A stretch of 60,584 nt of DNA, counting the filler. It is 4 parts of 4 records of this genome, joined end to end, with 100 filler letters (N's around TTAATTAATTAA, not from the genome) between each part and the next. Parts side by side here need not be neighbours in the genome. Positions count along the whole stretch, not along the records: positions 1 to 20,737 come from SRR20825019_853; 3 more parts are not named here. One strand, 5' to 3'. This document shows positions 1-10,064 of this stretch, piece by piece. The notes beneath the pieces are model-generated. The model had not been told where the DNA came from. It saw only the letters and a list, made by a program, of their open reading frames with translations, and made no database searches. The number at the start of each line of letters is the position of its first letter. Within the stretch, counting starts at the first letter, position 1. The position numbers and the translations under genes were made by a program.

Positions 1-669
1 GTCGGCGAGTCCGGCTCCGGCAAGTCCACCGTCCTGCGCGCCATGAGCGGTCTCAATGCGGACTGGACGGGCGCCATCGAAATCGGCGGCACCCAGCTTG
101 GCCGGGTGCGCGGCAAACCGTTCTACAAGCGCGTCCAGATGGTGTTTCAGGATCCTTACGGCTCGCTGCACCCGCGCCATACCGTCGACCGCATCCTGAG
201 CGAGCCCTGCCAGATCCACGGCATGAGCGATATCGAAGGCCGGGTTCGTGACGTGCTTGTCGCGGCCGGTCTCGGCCCAACCTTCCGGTTCCGATATCCG
301 CATCAGCTTTCGGGCGGACAGCGTCAGCGTGTCGCCATCGCCCGGGCGCTTATCCTGGAGCCGGAGATCCTGCTGCTGGACGAGCCGACATCCGCGCTCG
401 ACGTCTCCGTTCAGGCGGAAATCCTGAACCTGCTGCAACGTCTGAAGCAGGAGCGTGGTCTGACCTTCGTTCTGGTCAGCCACGATCTTTCGGTGATTGC
501 CCATATGTGCGACCGCCTTGCCGTGATGAATGCGGGGCGTATCGTCGAGGAGCTGACAGTCGCCCAGCTCCGCGCGGCGGAACCAAGCGAGGCCTATACG
601 CGCCAGCTCCTCAAGGCGAGCCTCGGGTACGACCGTAGCGCGGCCGCCGACATGGAATCGTTCGATTGA
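1..669 (+). CDS. Dipeptide/oligopeptide ABC transporter ATP-binding protein (5' partial)
   Basis: Frame is open from base 1: Walker A VGESGSGKST, Q-loop VFQDP, signature LSGGQRQR, Walker B LLLDEPTSALD, H-loop VSHDL. Confidence 0.93.
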   Translation, partial: VGESGSGKSTVLRAMSGLNADWTGAIEIGGTQLGRVRGKPFYKRVQMVFQDPYGSLHPRHTVDRILSEPCQIHGMSDIEGRVRDVLVAAGLGPTFRFRYPHQLSGGQRQRVAIARALILEPEILLLDEPTSALDVSVQAEILNLLQRLKQERGLTFVLVSHDLSVIAHMCDRLAVMNAGRIVEELTVAQLRAAEPSEAYTRQLLKASLGYDRSAAADMESFD

Positions 670-716
670 ACATTCCGTTCATCATCTATTCATATTTCCC
701 CGGATAGCATCCCGCC

Positions 717-1205
717 ATGGAACGCTATGGCGCGACCGAAATTCCGGTTCCGGGAACATCAGGAACGCTTTTTCTCGGCCCAATTCCGGGAGATGAGGAA
801 ACACTGGACCGGATTGCCGGTTCCGGGATTGATGCCGTTCTGACGCTGGCAACAGCAGCGGAACTGGCTGAACTCAGCGTGCCAAGCATACGCGATATCC
901 TGCTGCGCCACTCCGTCAGTTGGACGCATTTCCCGATCAGGGATTTCGATATTCCGTCTGACGCCGACACCGAAGCCTGGTCCGCGCTGGAAACTATCCT
1001 GTCCGAACGTCTGAAAACCGGCGGCACCATCCTGATTCACTGCCGAGCCGGTTTCGGCCGCAGCGGTATGATTGCCGCACGCCTGCTTATGGCCTGCGGG
1101 TCAGCACCGGACGATGCGATCAGGATCGTGCGCAATTCCCGTCCGGGAACGATCGAAACGCCGGCGCAACTGGACTGGGCCAGGAACGCCGGCGCAAACG
1201 ATTAG
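717..1205 (+). CDS. Dual-specificity/CDKN3-like protein-tyrosine phosphatase
   Basis: HCRAGFGRSG CX5R P-loop, HFPIRD general-acid loop, RPGTIETPAQ. Confidence 0.88.
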   Translation: MERYGATEIPVPGTSGTLFLGPIPGDEETLDRIAGSGIDAVLTLATAAELAELSVPSIRDILLRHSVSWTHFPIRDFDIPSDADTEAWSALETILSERLKTGGTILIHCRAGFGRSGMIAARLLMACGSAPDDAIRIVRNSRPGTIETPAQLDWARNAGAND

Positions 1206-1211
1206 ACTAGA

Positions 1212-1565
1212 TCACAGAGCAGCGATCGCCATGATCTCAACGGTGTATTTCGGGCTGGCGAGCTTCGGAGATTCGACGCAGGCACGGCACGGGGTTGAGC
1301 CCGCAACCACCCAGCCGTCCCAGACAGCATTCATTTCTGCGAAATCATCCATCGAGTTCAGCCAGATCGTGGCGGTCAGAAGCTTCGACTTGTCGGTGCC
1401 GGCCTCGGCAAGCAGGGCATCCAGGTTCGCCAGGATATCCTTGGTCTGATCGGCGACACTGGCACCCGGTGCGTTCTGGGCGACCTGGCCTGCCGTATAG
1501 ACCGTGTTGCCGTGGACCACGACCTGACTCATCCGCTCGCCCGTGCGATAGCGCTTGATATCCAT
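1212..1565 (-). CDS. RidA/YjgF/UK114 family protein (YoaB-like)
   Basis: RMSQVVVHGNTVYTAGQV, EMNAVWDGW, PCRACVE, VEIMAIAA; ATG at 1565 preferred over the longer ORF start. Confidence 0.9.
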   Translation of the reverse strand: MDIKRYRTGERMSQVVVHGNTVYTAGQVAQNAPGASVADQTKDILANLDALLAEAGTDKSKLLTATIWLNSMDDFAEMNAVWDGWVVAGSTPCRACVESPKLASPKYTVEIMAIAAL

Positions 1566-1783
1566 AACCTGTTCGCTCCAATGCGTTGAAAGAGGCGGCA
1601 GCATAAGCGGGCATGGCTACATCCGCATAGCCTCTTCCGCCGATCTCACAAATGCCGCAGCGGGAATAGCCGGCACCTTGCAGATATCACACTCAGGCAT
1701 TGCAAAACGGGGCATGGCTCGGCTTAATCGCCCCCTCAAGAATGGGCCGGAATGCTCGCATCGAATTGGGGTAACGCTTGGGT

Positions 1784-2818
1784 ATGGATGCAAAAACGCG
1801 CGGCGCGATTGCTGAATGGCTGCAATCGGAAACGGGCGCTGAAAAAATCGATATTACCGGCACCAAACTGCTCTCGGGCGGTGCCATCCAGGAAAACTGG
1901 TTGCTGGATCTCACGATCCATGGCGGACGCCTGGACGGGCTGAAGCAAGCAGTGCTGCGCACAGACGCGGCCTCCGGCGTCGACGAAAGCCACGGCCGGG
2001 TGGAAGAATTTCGCCTGCTCTCCGCCGGATTCGAAGCCAACATGACCGTGCCCGAACCGTTCGCGCTGGAGCCGACAGGGTCGATCACCGGCAAACCGTT
2101 CTATGTCATGCGTAAGTCGGACGGCACAGCCAACCCGCGCATGCTCACGCGCGAGGCTTCTCTTGATCCGCACCGCACCGGCCTTGCCCGGCAGATCGGC
2201 CGGGAGATGGCCCGGCTGCATCGTATCCAGCCACCCCGCCCCGATCTGGATTTCCTCGGCGACGCTCCGGCCAATCCGGCCGCCCAACGCATTTCCGAGC
2301 TTTACGGCTTCCTTGACAGTCTGCCGAAAGCCTATCCGGCCCTGGAATGGGGGCTGCGCTGGCTGGAGTTGAACCGACCGGCGCCAAGCCCCGCCGTACT
2401 CTGTCACCGGGATTTCCGGACCGGAAATTATATGGTCTCGGATGGCGCACTGACAGGTGTTCTGGATTGGGAATTCGCCGGGTGGAGCGATCCGCTGGAG
2501 GATGTCGGCTGGTTCTGCGCCCGCTGCTGGCGCTTCGGCTCGGACGAGCGCGAGGCGGGCGGCGTAGGCAGCAGGAGCGATCTTTACGCAGGATACGAGG
2601 AAGAGGCCGGAGCCGCGCTAGACTGGTCACTTGTTCCCTATTGGGAAGTGCTGGCCACCGTGCGTTGGGGCGCCATCGCCCTGCTTCAGGGCGAGCGGCA
2701 TAATTCCGGGGCCGAACGCTCGATCGAGCTCGCCCTTACCGGCCGCAAGGCCGCCGAAATGGAACTCGATATTCTGCAGCAGATCGCTGAAATCGAAAGG
2801 ATCCGCGCCAATGTTTGA
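1784..2818 (+). CDS. APH-fold phosphotransferase (LvaA/ACAD10-kinase-like)
   Basis: LSGGAIQENW, HRDFRTGN catalytic loop, LDWEFA, DPLEDVGW. Confidence 0.85.
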   Translation: MDAKTRGAIAEWLQSETGAEKIDITGTKLLSGGAIQENWLLDLTIHGGRLDGLKQAVLRTDAASGVDESHGRVEEFRLLSAGFEANMTVPEPFALEPTGSITGKPFYVMRKSDGTANPRMLTREASLDPHRTGLARQIGREMARLHRIQPPRPDLDFLGDAPANPAAQRISELYGFLDSLPKAYPALEWGLRWLELNRPAPSPAVLCHRDFRTGNYMVSDGALTGVLDWEFAGWSDPLEDVGWFCARCWRFGSDEREAGGVGSRSDLYAGYEEEAGAALDWSLVPYWEVLATVRWGAIALLQGERHNSGAERSIELALTGRKAAEMELDILQQIAEIERIRANV

Positions 2819-3230
2819 AGCACCCGGCAGAAAGGCCCTGATCGAAACAGCCCTGGCCGCCTTCCAGGACGATATTCTGCCCTCTCTCGACGGAGACAGG
2901 AAATATCTCGGCCTGATGATCGCCAGCGCGCTTGCCACGGCGTCCCGTGAGTTGGACGCGGATGCCGGTCGCGATGGTATCCAGCGCATTCTCGACGGGT
3001 TTGCCGGGCTCTATGGTGAGGACAATGTCGAGCGAGCGGGACATGATGCCGAAACCAAGCTCGACACCCTGTCACGCGACCTGACCCGCGAGCTGCGCGA
3101 AGGCCTCTACGACACCTCCCTCACCGGCCCGGTCCACACGCTTCTGACCATCCTTGCCGAGGAAAAACTGAAGCTTTCCAACCCGAAATTTCTGGCCGCG
3201 CGCGAGTATTCGCAACCAACGCCCAACTGA
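2811..3230 (+). CDS. Small helical partner of the kinase (DUF6285/LvaB-like)
   Basis: ATG overlaps the 3' end of the kinase gene; DILPSLDG..KY...MIASAL....RE and C-terminal KLKLSNPKFL pattern. Confidence 0.65.
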   Translation: MFEAPGRKALIETALAAFQDDILPSLDGDRKYLGLMIASALATASRELDADAGRDGIQRILDGFAGLYGEDNVERAGHDAETKLDTLSRDLTRELREGLYDTSLTGPVHTLLTILAEEKLKLSNPKFLAAREYSQPTPN

Positions 3231-3419
3231 TGCAAAAATCCCAGACAATTCCGGATAAATTACTGCATCAATAAAGTGATCTACTATTTTGTTATGACTT
3301 GCGGTTCCGTAAACCGCCGCTGATTTTCCGCGCGATCCACGCAGTAAAACTGATGCAGCTCAGACACACCAAAGAGCGGCCGGAAGCCGAATCCGTGCGG
3401 AAATAGCACAGCCTTTACG

Positions 3420-3857
3420 TCAGGGAAGCACCCGGTTGAGGTAGCCTTCATTATCGGGTTCGGCCGCTTCATACGCCGCATCGAACAAAGGGCTGCCGAG
3501 CACGAAATCGGCACTCGCCTGATTGCAGGCAAGCACGACATTGTAGAGCGTGCAGAGCCGCAGCAGCGCCTTCACATCCACATCATGCGGCATGGATGTC
3601 ATCGGGTCCGTGAAGAAGAGCAGGATATCGAGCCCGCCTTCCGCGATCAGTGCGCCCATCTGCTGATCACCGCCGAGCGGGCCGCTTTTCAGGCACTGAA
3701 CCGCAAGCCCGGTATCCTCGGCAATGACTTTTCCCGTTGTCCCGGTGGCATAGAGATCATGCCCGGCGAACCGGTCCCTGTGAGCATGCACGAACGCCCT
3801 GAGCGCCGGTTTGCGGGCATCGTGGGCGATCAGCCCGATGCGCTTGCGTTCCTTCAT
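3420..3857 (-). CDS. mgsA: Methylglyoxal synthase
   Basis: IGLIAHDARK, ATGTTG, SGPLGGDQQMGA, FFTDP..PHDVDVKALLR. Confidence 0.96.
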   Translation of the reverse strand: MKERKRIGLIAHDARKPALRAFVHAHRDRFAGHDLYATGTTGKVIAEDTGLAVQCLKSGPLGGDQQMGALIAEGGLDILLFFTDPMTSMPHDVDVKALLRLCTLYNVVLACNQASADFVLGSPLFDAAYEAAEPDNEGYLNRVLP

Positions 3858-3974
3858 CCGATATGGTCCCCGCTTTAAGGCGATAGTTTCCAAAAGGGCG
3901 CTACACTGTCCCGTAAGCCATCGTTAAGCTGCAAGAAAATACCAATCAAAAACAACTTTATGGGACGGGAGGAC

Positions 3975-4667
3975 ATGTCCGATATCACCCTGGCCGATCT
4001 GCGCAAGCTGACGGAGTGGGATACCCCCACAATCTGCAACGGCCTCGAGGTCGTTACACCTGAGCGCCGGACCATCGGCTTCACGACAATGCCGCTGGTC
4101 GCGCTTGATCCATCCCTGCCCCCGATCTGCGGCTATGCCCGCACCGCCACGATGCGCGCCGTCACACCGCCTCAGGGCGATGCCAAAGCCACCCGTGCCG
4201 CCTATTACACCTATGTCGCGGACGGCGCGCTGCCCCGCATCGTGGTGTTGCAGGACCTCGACCCGGAGCCCGGTTTCGGCGCCTTCTGGGGTGAGGTGAA
4301 CACCAACATCCACAAGGGCCTCGGCTGTCTCGGCTGCGTTACCAACGGATCCTTCCGCGATGTCGACGCTTCCGCGCCCGGCTTCCAGATTCTCGGCGGC
4401 AAGGTCGGCCCGAGCCATGGCTGGGTTCACCCAGTCGATTTCGGCGTGCCGGTGAACGTCGGCGGCATGGCGGTCAATCACGACGATATCATTCATGCGG
4501 ACCGGCATGGTGCCGTGGTGGTGCCGGCCGAAGCAGTGAAAAAACTGCCCGAAGCCATTGCCCTGCTGGAGCGGAAAGAGAAGGTCATTCTCGATGCCGC
4601 CAAGTCGCCGGATTTCGACATCGACAAGCTGAAGGCCGCAATGGCCGGCTCCGCCGAAATCCACTGA
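3975..4667 (+). CDS. RraA-like / HMG-aldolase-fold protein
   Basis: DTPTICNG, AFWGEVN, GCVTNGSFRDV, DIIHADRHG; GGAGG RBS before the ATG. Confidence 0.85.
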   Translation: MSDITLADLRKLTEWDTPTICNGLEVVTPERRTIGFTTMPLVALDPSLPPICGYARTATMRAVTPPQGDAKATRAAYYTYVADGALPRIVVLQDLDPEPGFGAFWGEVNTNIHKGLGCLGCVTNGSFRDVDASAPGFQILGGKVGPSHGWVHPVDFGVPVNVGGMAVNHDDIIHADRHGAVVVPAEAVKKLPEAIALLERKEKVILDAAKSPDFDIDKLKAAMAGSAEIH

Positions 4668-4704
4668 TCCGCCAGCCTGAGATCCCAGCCTGAGAGACCC
4701 AAAG

Positions 4705-5673
4705 ATGAACAAGTTTCATGTGCTGGTCGTCGACAAGCTCAACGACGCCGGCCAATCCCAGTTCGACGCCCGTGACGACGTCAAGACCACCGTGCTGCAG
4801 TTCCCGACCGAGGAAGAGCTGATCGCCCACGCCCATGACATCGACGCCATCGCGGTTCAGACCACTAAGATCCCGCGCGCGGTGATCGAGGCCGCTCCTA
4901 ACCTCAAGGTCGTCTCCCGCCACGGCGTCGGCTACGATTCCGTCGATGTCGCGGCGCTGACCGAGCGCGGCGTTCCGCTTTGTGTTGCCGCCACGTCGAA
5001 CGCCGTGTCGGTGGCCGAACACACGATGTATTTCATCCTGGCTCTGGCCAAGAAGAGCGTCGAGTTCGACCACGCCACCCGGAACGATAATTTCTGGATC
5101 AAGCGCCAGATGGGCGCCCAGGACATTGCCGACAAGTCCGTACTGCTGGTCGGGTTCGGCCGGATCGGCACGCGCGTTGCCAAGCGGGCACTGGCCTTCG
5201 ATATGAAGGTTTTTGTCATTGATCCGTTCGTCGACGACGCAGAGATCAAGGCGGCGGGCTGTATTCCGGTCAACGATCTGGCTGCGGCTTTGCCGGAGAT
5301 GGATTTCGTCTCCCTGCATTGCCCGAAGAGCCCTGAAACGGTGAACCTGATGGGCAAGGCCCAGTTCGCCGCGATGAAGCCGACAGCACATGTGATCAAC
5401 ACCGCGCGTGGCGGCATGGTGGACGAGGATGCGCTCTATGATGCGCTGACCTCCGGCGCCATTGCCGGAGCCGGCATCGACGTCTTCGCCAGCGAACCGC
5501 CGAAGCCGGAACACCCGCTGTTCCAGCTCGACAACATCATCGTCAGCCCGCACAGCGCCGGCGTGACCGAACAATCGATCCTGCGGATGGCAAGCCAGAC
5601 GGCAGAGAACGTTCTGAACGTGCTCGACGGCAAGCCGAACCCGGACACCGTCATCAACAAAGAAGTGCTCTAG
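4705..5673 (+). CDS. D-isomer-specific 2-hydroxyacid dehydrogenase (SerA-like, no ACT domain)
   Basis: SRHGVGYD, GFGRIG, INTARGG, DVFASEP, SPHSAG. Confidence 0.92.
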   Translation: MNKFHVLVVDKLNDAGQSQFDARDDVKTTVLQFPTEEELIAHAHDIDAIAVQTTKIPRAVIEAAPNLKVVSRHGVGYDSVDVAALTERGVPLCVAATSNAVSVAEHTMYFILALAKKSVEFDHATRNDNFWIKRQMGAQDIADKSVLLVGFGRIGTRVAKRALAFDMKVFVIDPFVDDAEIKAAGCIPVNDLAAALPEMDFVSLHCPKSPETVNLMGKAQFAAMKPTAHVINTARGGMVDEDALYDALTSGAIAGAGIDVFASEPPKPEHPLFQLDNIIVSPHSAGVTEQSILRMASQTAENVLNVLDGKPNPDTVINKEVL

Positions 5674-5685
5674 GGAGGGCAGGCC

Positions 5686-6441
5686 ATGAAAACACGACTG
5701 AAGGACTGCCTGAAGGACGGCCGCGGCGCGATCAATGGCTGGCTTTCCGTTCCGAACACCTTCACCGCGGAAATCTTCGCGATGCAGGATTTCGATTCCA
5801 TCACCATCGATCTGCAGCACGGTCTGGTCGATTACCAGGCCGCACTCACCATGCTGCAAGCCATGAGCGCGTCTGACGCGACACCGGTCGTTCGTCCGCC
5901 GTGGCTGGAGCCGGGCATCATCATGAAGCTGCTGGATGCCGGCGCCCTCGGCATCATCTGCCCGATGGTGAACAATCGCGCGGATGCGGAAGCGCTCGTC
6001 GGCGCCTGCAATTACGTGCCCGACGGATACCGTTCTTCCGGCCCGACCCGCGCCGGAATGATCTATGGCGCCGACTATCACAACCAGTCCAACAAGACGA
6101 TTGTCACCCTGGCGATGATCGAGACCGAGGAAGCACTGGCGAATGTCGCCGAGATCGCGGCGACGCCCGGTCTGACAGGCCTCTATATCGGCCCGAGCGA
6201 TCTTTCCATCTCGCTTGGTCACAAGCCGGGGCTGGACCGGACCGAACCGGAAATGCTGGAAGCCATCGACAAGATCCTTGCTGCCGCCAAGGCCGCGGGC
6301 ATCAAGGCGGGCATCCACTGCCTCGAGAACAGCTACGCCAAGAACATGCTGGCCAAGGGATTCGACCTGGTAACGCTGGCCAACGACGTGCGCCTCCTCT
6401 CCTCCGCGATCAATGCGGCGGTAAGCGATATGCGTGCCTGA
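5686..6441 (+). CDS. HpcH/HpaI class II pyruvate aldolase
   Basis: IDLQHG, LLDAGALGIICPMV, AMIET, YIGPSDLS. Confidence 0.9.
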   Translation: MKTRLKDCLKDGRGAINGWLSVPNTFTAEIFAMQDFDSITIDLQHGLVDYQAALTMLQAMSASDATPVVRPPWLEPGIIMKLLDAGALGIICPMVNNRADAEALVGACNYVPDGYRSSGPTRAGMIYGADYHNQSNKTIVTLAMIETEEALANVAEIAATPGLTGLYIGPSDLSISLGHKPGLDRTEPEMLEAIDKILAAAKAAGIKAGIHCLENSYAKNMLAKGFDLVTLANDVRLLSSAINAAVSDMRA

Positions 6442-7562
6442 TGATGAGCGCGCCAAATGAAGTTCGGGTCGCCCCCGATGTGATGATCCGGCTGGTGCGC
6501 GCGATGTTCGTGCGCGCCGGCTGCTCCGAAACGGAGGCTGCCTGCATCGCGGAACGACTGACCGGGGCCAATCTCCGGGGACATGACAGCCACGGCGTGA
6601 TCCGGGTGCCGCGCTATCTCGAATGGGCCGAGAGCGGGCGACAGAAGATCGGCCAGACAGCCGAGATCGTCATGGAAAACGACGTCATGGCGATCCTCGA
6701 CGGTAATTACGGCTTCGGCCAGACCATCGGCGAGCAGACCGTCGACACTGGCCTGAAGAAGGTGAAGCAACACGGCCTTGCCCTGACCGCACTGCGCAAT
6801 TCGGGCCATCTCGGCCGGATCGGCGACTGGGCGGAGCGGGCAGCGGAAGCCGGTGTCGCCTCCCTGCATATGGTCAATGTCCGCGGCTCCCTGCTCGTCG
6901 CCCCGTTCGGCGCACGGGAACGGCGCATGGGCACCTCGCCTTTCTGCATCGGCATTCCCGTCGAGGGACAGGCCCCGGTGGTACATGACTTCGCCACCTC
7001 CACAGTCGCCGAGGGCAAAGCCCTGGTTGCTCTCAGGGGCGGTAAAGCATTGCCCGAAGGCTCGCTGATCGACGCGGACGGCGCCCTGACAAGTGATCCC
7101 TGGCCGCTCTATGGCGATGTACCCGAAGGCAAGGCACCGATGCCCTATGAAGGCCCCGGCGCGCTCACTGCTTTCGGCGGACACAAGGGTTCTGGCCTCA
7201 ACTTCATGATGGAGATGATGGCAGGCGCCCTCACCGGCTCCGGCTGTGCCGGCGGACCTGATGAGCAGGAACGGCGGCGGTTCTGCAACGGCATGCTGTC
7301 GATCTATATCGATACCGAGAAGTTCGACGGTCAGGACAGCATGGCGGAGGAGATCAAATCCTATATCGCCTTCGTCAAAAGCGCCCGCACGGCCGATGGC
7401 CACAGTGAAGTGCTGGTGCCCGGCGAGAATGAACGGCGGGTGATGGCTGAACGGCAAGCAGCGGGCCTGCCGCTCGCTGCTGCCGCCTGGTCGGATATCC
7501 TCGGCTCCGCCCGGAATCTTGGTTTCACGGAAGCAGAGCTGAACGCGCTCACTGCTGCCTGA
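6441..7562 (+). CDS. Ldh_2 family (type 2 malate/L-lactate) oxidoreductase, HcxB/YbiC-like
   Basis: GHDSHGVIR, HLGRIG, DFATS, FGGHKGSG, PGENE; start overlaps the aldolase stop (TGATG). Confidence 0.9.
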   Translation: MMSAPNEVRVAPDVMIRLVRAMFVRAGCSETEAACIAERLTGANLRGHDSHGVIRVPRYLEWAESGRQKIGQTAEIVMENDVMAILDGNYGFGQTIGEQTVDTGLKKVKQHGLALTALRNSGHLGRIGDWAERAAEAGVASLHMVNVRGSLLVAPFGARERRMGTSPFCIGIPVEGQAPVVHDFATSTVAEGKALVALRGGKALPEGSLIDADGALTSDPWPLYGDVPEGKAPMPYEGPGALTAFGGHKGSGLNFMMEMMAGALTGSGCAGGPDEQERRRFCNGMLSIYIDTEKFDGQDSMAEEIKSYIAFVKSARTADGHSEVLVPGENERRVMAERQAAGLPLAAAAWSDILGSARNLGFTEAELNALTAA

Positions 7563-7575
7563 GCCCATCTAAAAC

Positions 7576-7659
7576 CGTCATCCCTGCGCACACAGGGACC
7601 CAGGGATGACGGGTACAGCTCTATGATCAACAGGTCCCGGCTCTCTGGCCGGGATAACG
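7576..7659 (+). repeat. CGTC-tagged REP-like palindromic element, copy 1
   Basis: CGTCATCCCTGCGCACACAGGGACCCAGGGATGACG...CTCTATGATCA..GGTCCCG..CGGGATAACG; similar copy at 10065-10147. Confidence 0.8.
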
Positions 7660-7701
7660 AATATGCTAGCTTTCCCGCTATCCTCTGGGGAGTTCCCGCT
7701 C

Positions 7702-10038
7702 ATGACCGAACAAGCCCGCATCCCCGCCTTCTGTACCCAGTGCCGCTCACGCTGCGGCTGTGTGGCCACTGTGGAGGACGGAAAGCTGCTCGGCATCGAC
7801 CCGCTGCCGGATCATCCGAGCGGCGCCAAGCTCTGCCCCAAGGGCAAGGCCGCGCCCGAGCTGGTCTATCACCCGGACCGGCTGACCCGTCCGCTGCGAC
7901 GGACTTCCCCCAAGGGCGCGAAGGTGCCGACCTGGGAGCCAATCTCCTGGGATGATGCGCTGGACGAAATCGCCGGCCATATGGGCCGCATCCGGGACGA
8001 TCACGGCCCCGAGCAGGTCGCCTTCTCCGTCACCACGCCGAGCGGCACGCATATCTCCGACAGCATCTCGTGGATCGAGCGGTTCATCCGCGCCTATGGC
8101 AGCCCGAACACGATCTACGGCACGGAAATCTGCAACTGGCACAAGGACGTGGCCTCCCGCTTCACCTATGGCACCGATATCGGCACGCCGGACTTCGCCC
8201 ATACGGACTGCGTGCTGCTCTGGGGGCACAATCCGGCCGCGACCTGGCTTGCCCGGTCGACCGAAATCCAGAAAGCCATCCGCAAGGGCGCGAAACTGGT
8301 CGTCATCGATCCGCGCCCGACGCTCTTTGCCCGCCGCGCCGATTGCTGGCTCCGCGTCCGCCCCGGAACGGACCAGGCCGTGGCACTGGGATTGCTCCAT
8401 CTGATGCTGGAAAGCGGCCGGTTCGATCAGGCCTTTGCCCGCACATGGACCAACGCCGCCTTTCTGGTGCATCCCGAAACGGGCCGTCTGCTGCGGGAGA
8501 GCGATCTGACGCCGGAGGGAAGTCCCGACATCCTGCTCGCAGCCTCTTCGCCGGGGGGCGCTCCCCTGCGCTACGATGCGAAAGAAGGCCGTTGGCTGGA
8601 TACGCCGGAAGATACTGCACTGTTCGGCTCACACGCCATGGAGGCCAGCACTGGCACCTTGCGCTGCCGAACCGCCTTACAGGCTCTTGCGGACGCTGCC
8701 GCGAACTATCCGCCCGAACGGGTCGCCGAGATTGCCGGTATATCCGAAGAAGATCTGCACAAGGCCGCCGACATCCTCTTCGAAAGCCCGTCACTGGCCT
8801 ATTACGCCTGGAACGGCGTCGGCCAAAGCCTGACCGCGACGCAGACGGACCGGGCGATCTCCACCCTCTATGGGCTGACCGGTAACTACGGCAGGAAGGG
8901 CGGCAATGTTCCGGGCGGTGCCGCCAAATTCAACGACATCGCTGGGCATGACCTGCTAAGCGAAAGCCAAAAAGCGAAGGCGCTTGGCCTCACCGAACGC
9001 CCCCTCGGCCCCGGCCGGCAGGGCTGGGTGACGGCGCGGGACGTCTATCGCGCGATCACGGACGGCACGCCCTACCCGGTGCGCATGCTGTTCTCTTTCG
9101 GTGGCAATCCGCTTGCCTCCCAGCCGGACACGGCCCGGGCAAAAGACGCCTTCAGCAAGCTCGACTTCCACGTCCATACGGACTTCTTCCTGAACGAGAG
9201 CGCCAAGCATGCGGATATTGTGCTGCCGGTGGCAACGTCATGGGAGCGCGAAGGGTTGCGGAACGGCTTCGATGCCAGCCTTGAGGGCATGCGCAAGGTT
9301 CAGCTCCGCCCGGCCGTGATCGAACCGGTCGGCGAGACGAAAAGCGATACCGATATCGTGCTGGAACTGTCCCGCAGGCTCGGTCTCTCGGACGTCATGT
9401 TCGAGTGCAACGCGGACAAGGGGCACGCCCACATACTGGCGCCCTCGGGGATTGGTCTCAACGCCCTCAGAGCCTCGCCAGAGGGCGTCACGCTGGATGG
9501 AGAGGTCGCAACCGAGCCACACCTCGCAAACGGCTTCCCGACCCCGTCCAAACGGCTGGAAATCTATTCCGAGCAGATGCTGGACCACGGCTATACCCCG
9601 GTGCCGAGCCTTGATGCCGCAGAGCTTCCGAAAGAAGAGGACAGTCTCTTCCCGCTCCGCCTCGGATCGGCCAAGACCGTTGTCTATTGCCACAGCCAGC
9701 ACCGCAACATCCCGTCACTCAGACGGCTGCAACCGGACCCGATCCTGGAGATGGCGCCCGCCACGGCGGAAGCACGCGGGATCGCCGATCATGACTGGGT
9801 GGAGATCAGTACGAAGGCAGGTACGTTCATCGCCCGCGCCAAGCTCGGCAAGGACCTCGCGCCCGGCGCCGTCTTCGCTCAGCATGGCTGGGCCGTGAGT
9901 GACAGAGCCGATACGCCGAACACCGGCGGAGATGCTCACGCGGCCAACATGAACACCGCCATCCCGACGGAACAATGCGACCCGGTCAGCGGCTCGATCC
10001 CGCTGCGCTGTTCCTGGTGCGAGGTCCGGAAGGTTTGA
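7702..10038 (+). CDS. Mo/W-bisPGD oxidoreductase, acetylene-hydratase-like subgroup
   Basis: N-terminal CTQCRSRC...C 4Fe-4S motif, HPDRLTRPL, WDDALDEIA, YGSPN...EICNW putative Cys ligand, C-terminal HSQHRNIPSLR domain IV. Confidence 0.88.
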   Translation: MTEQARIPAFCTQCRSRCGCVATVEDGKLLGIDPLPDHPSGAKLCPKGKAAPELVYHPDRLTRPLRRTSPKGAKVPTWEPISWDDALDEIAGHMGRIRDDHGPEQVAFSVTTPSGTHISDSISWIERFIRAYGSPNTIYGTEICNWHKDVASRFTYGTDIGTPDFAHTDCVLLWGHNPAATWLARSTEIQKAIRKGAKLVVIDPRPTLFARRADCWLRVRPGTDQAVALGLLHLMLESGRFDQAFARTWTNAAFLVHPETGRLLRESDLTPEGSPDILLAASSPGGAPLRYDAKEGRWLDTPEDTALFGSHAMEASTGTLRCRTALQALADAAANYPPERVAEIAGISEEDLHKAADILFESPSLAYYAWNGVGQSLTATQTDRAISTLYGLTGNYGRKGGNVPGGAAKFNDIAGHDLLSESQKAKALGLTERPLGPGRQGWVTARDVYRAITDGTPYPVRMLFSFGGNPLASQPDTARAKDAFSKLDFHVHTDFFLNESAKHADIVLPVATSWEREGLRNGFDASLEGMRKVQLRPAVIEPVGETKSDTDIVLELSRRLGLSDVMFECNADKGHAHILAPSGIGLNALRASPEGVTLDGEVATEPHLANGFPTPSKRLEIYSEQMLDHGYTPVPSLDAAELPKEEDSLFPLRLGSAKTVVYCHSQHRNIPSLRRLQPDPILEMAPATAEARGIADHDWVEISTKAGTFIARAKLGKDLAPGAVFAQHGWAVSDRADTPNTGGDAHAANMNTAIPTEQCDPVSGSIPLRCSWCEVRKV

Positions 10039-10064
10039 TCCGTTAAAATGATCACTTAATGAAA

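Noticed and set aside
5901-6440. N-terminal 180 aa of the 553-aa ORF as a fusion to Ldh_2
   Set aside because: It is an alternative frame inside the aldolase gene; the real start is the TGATG overlap at 6441
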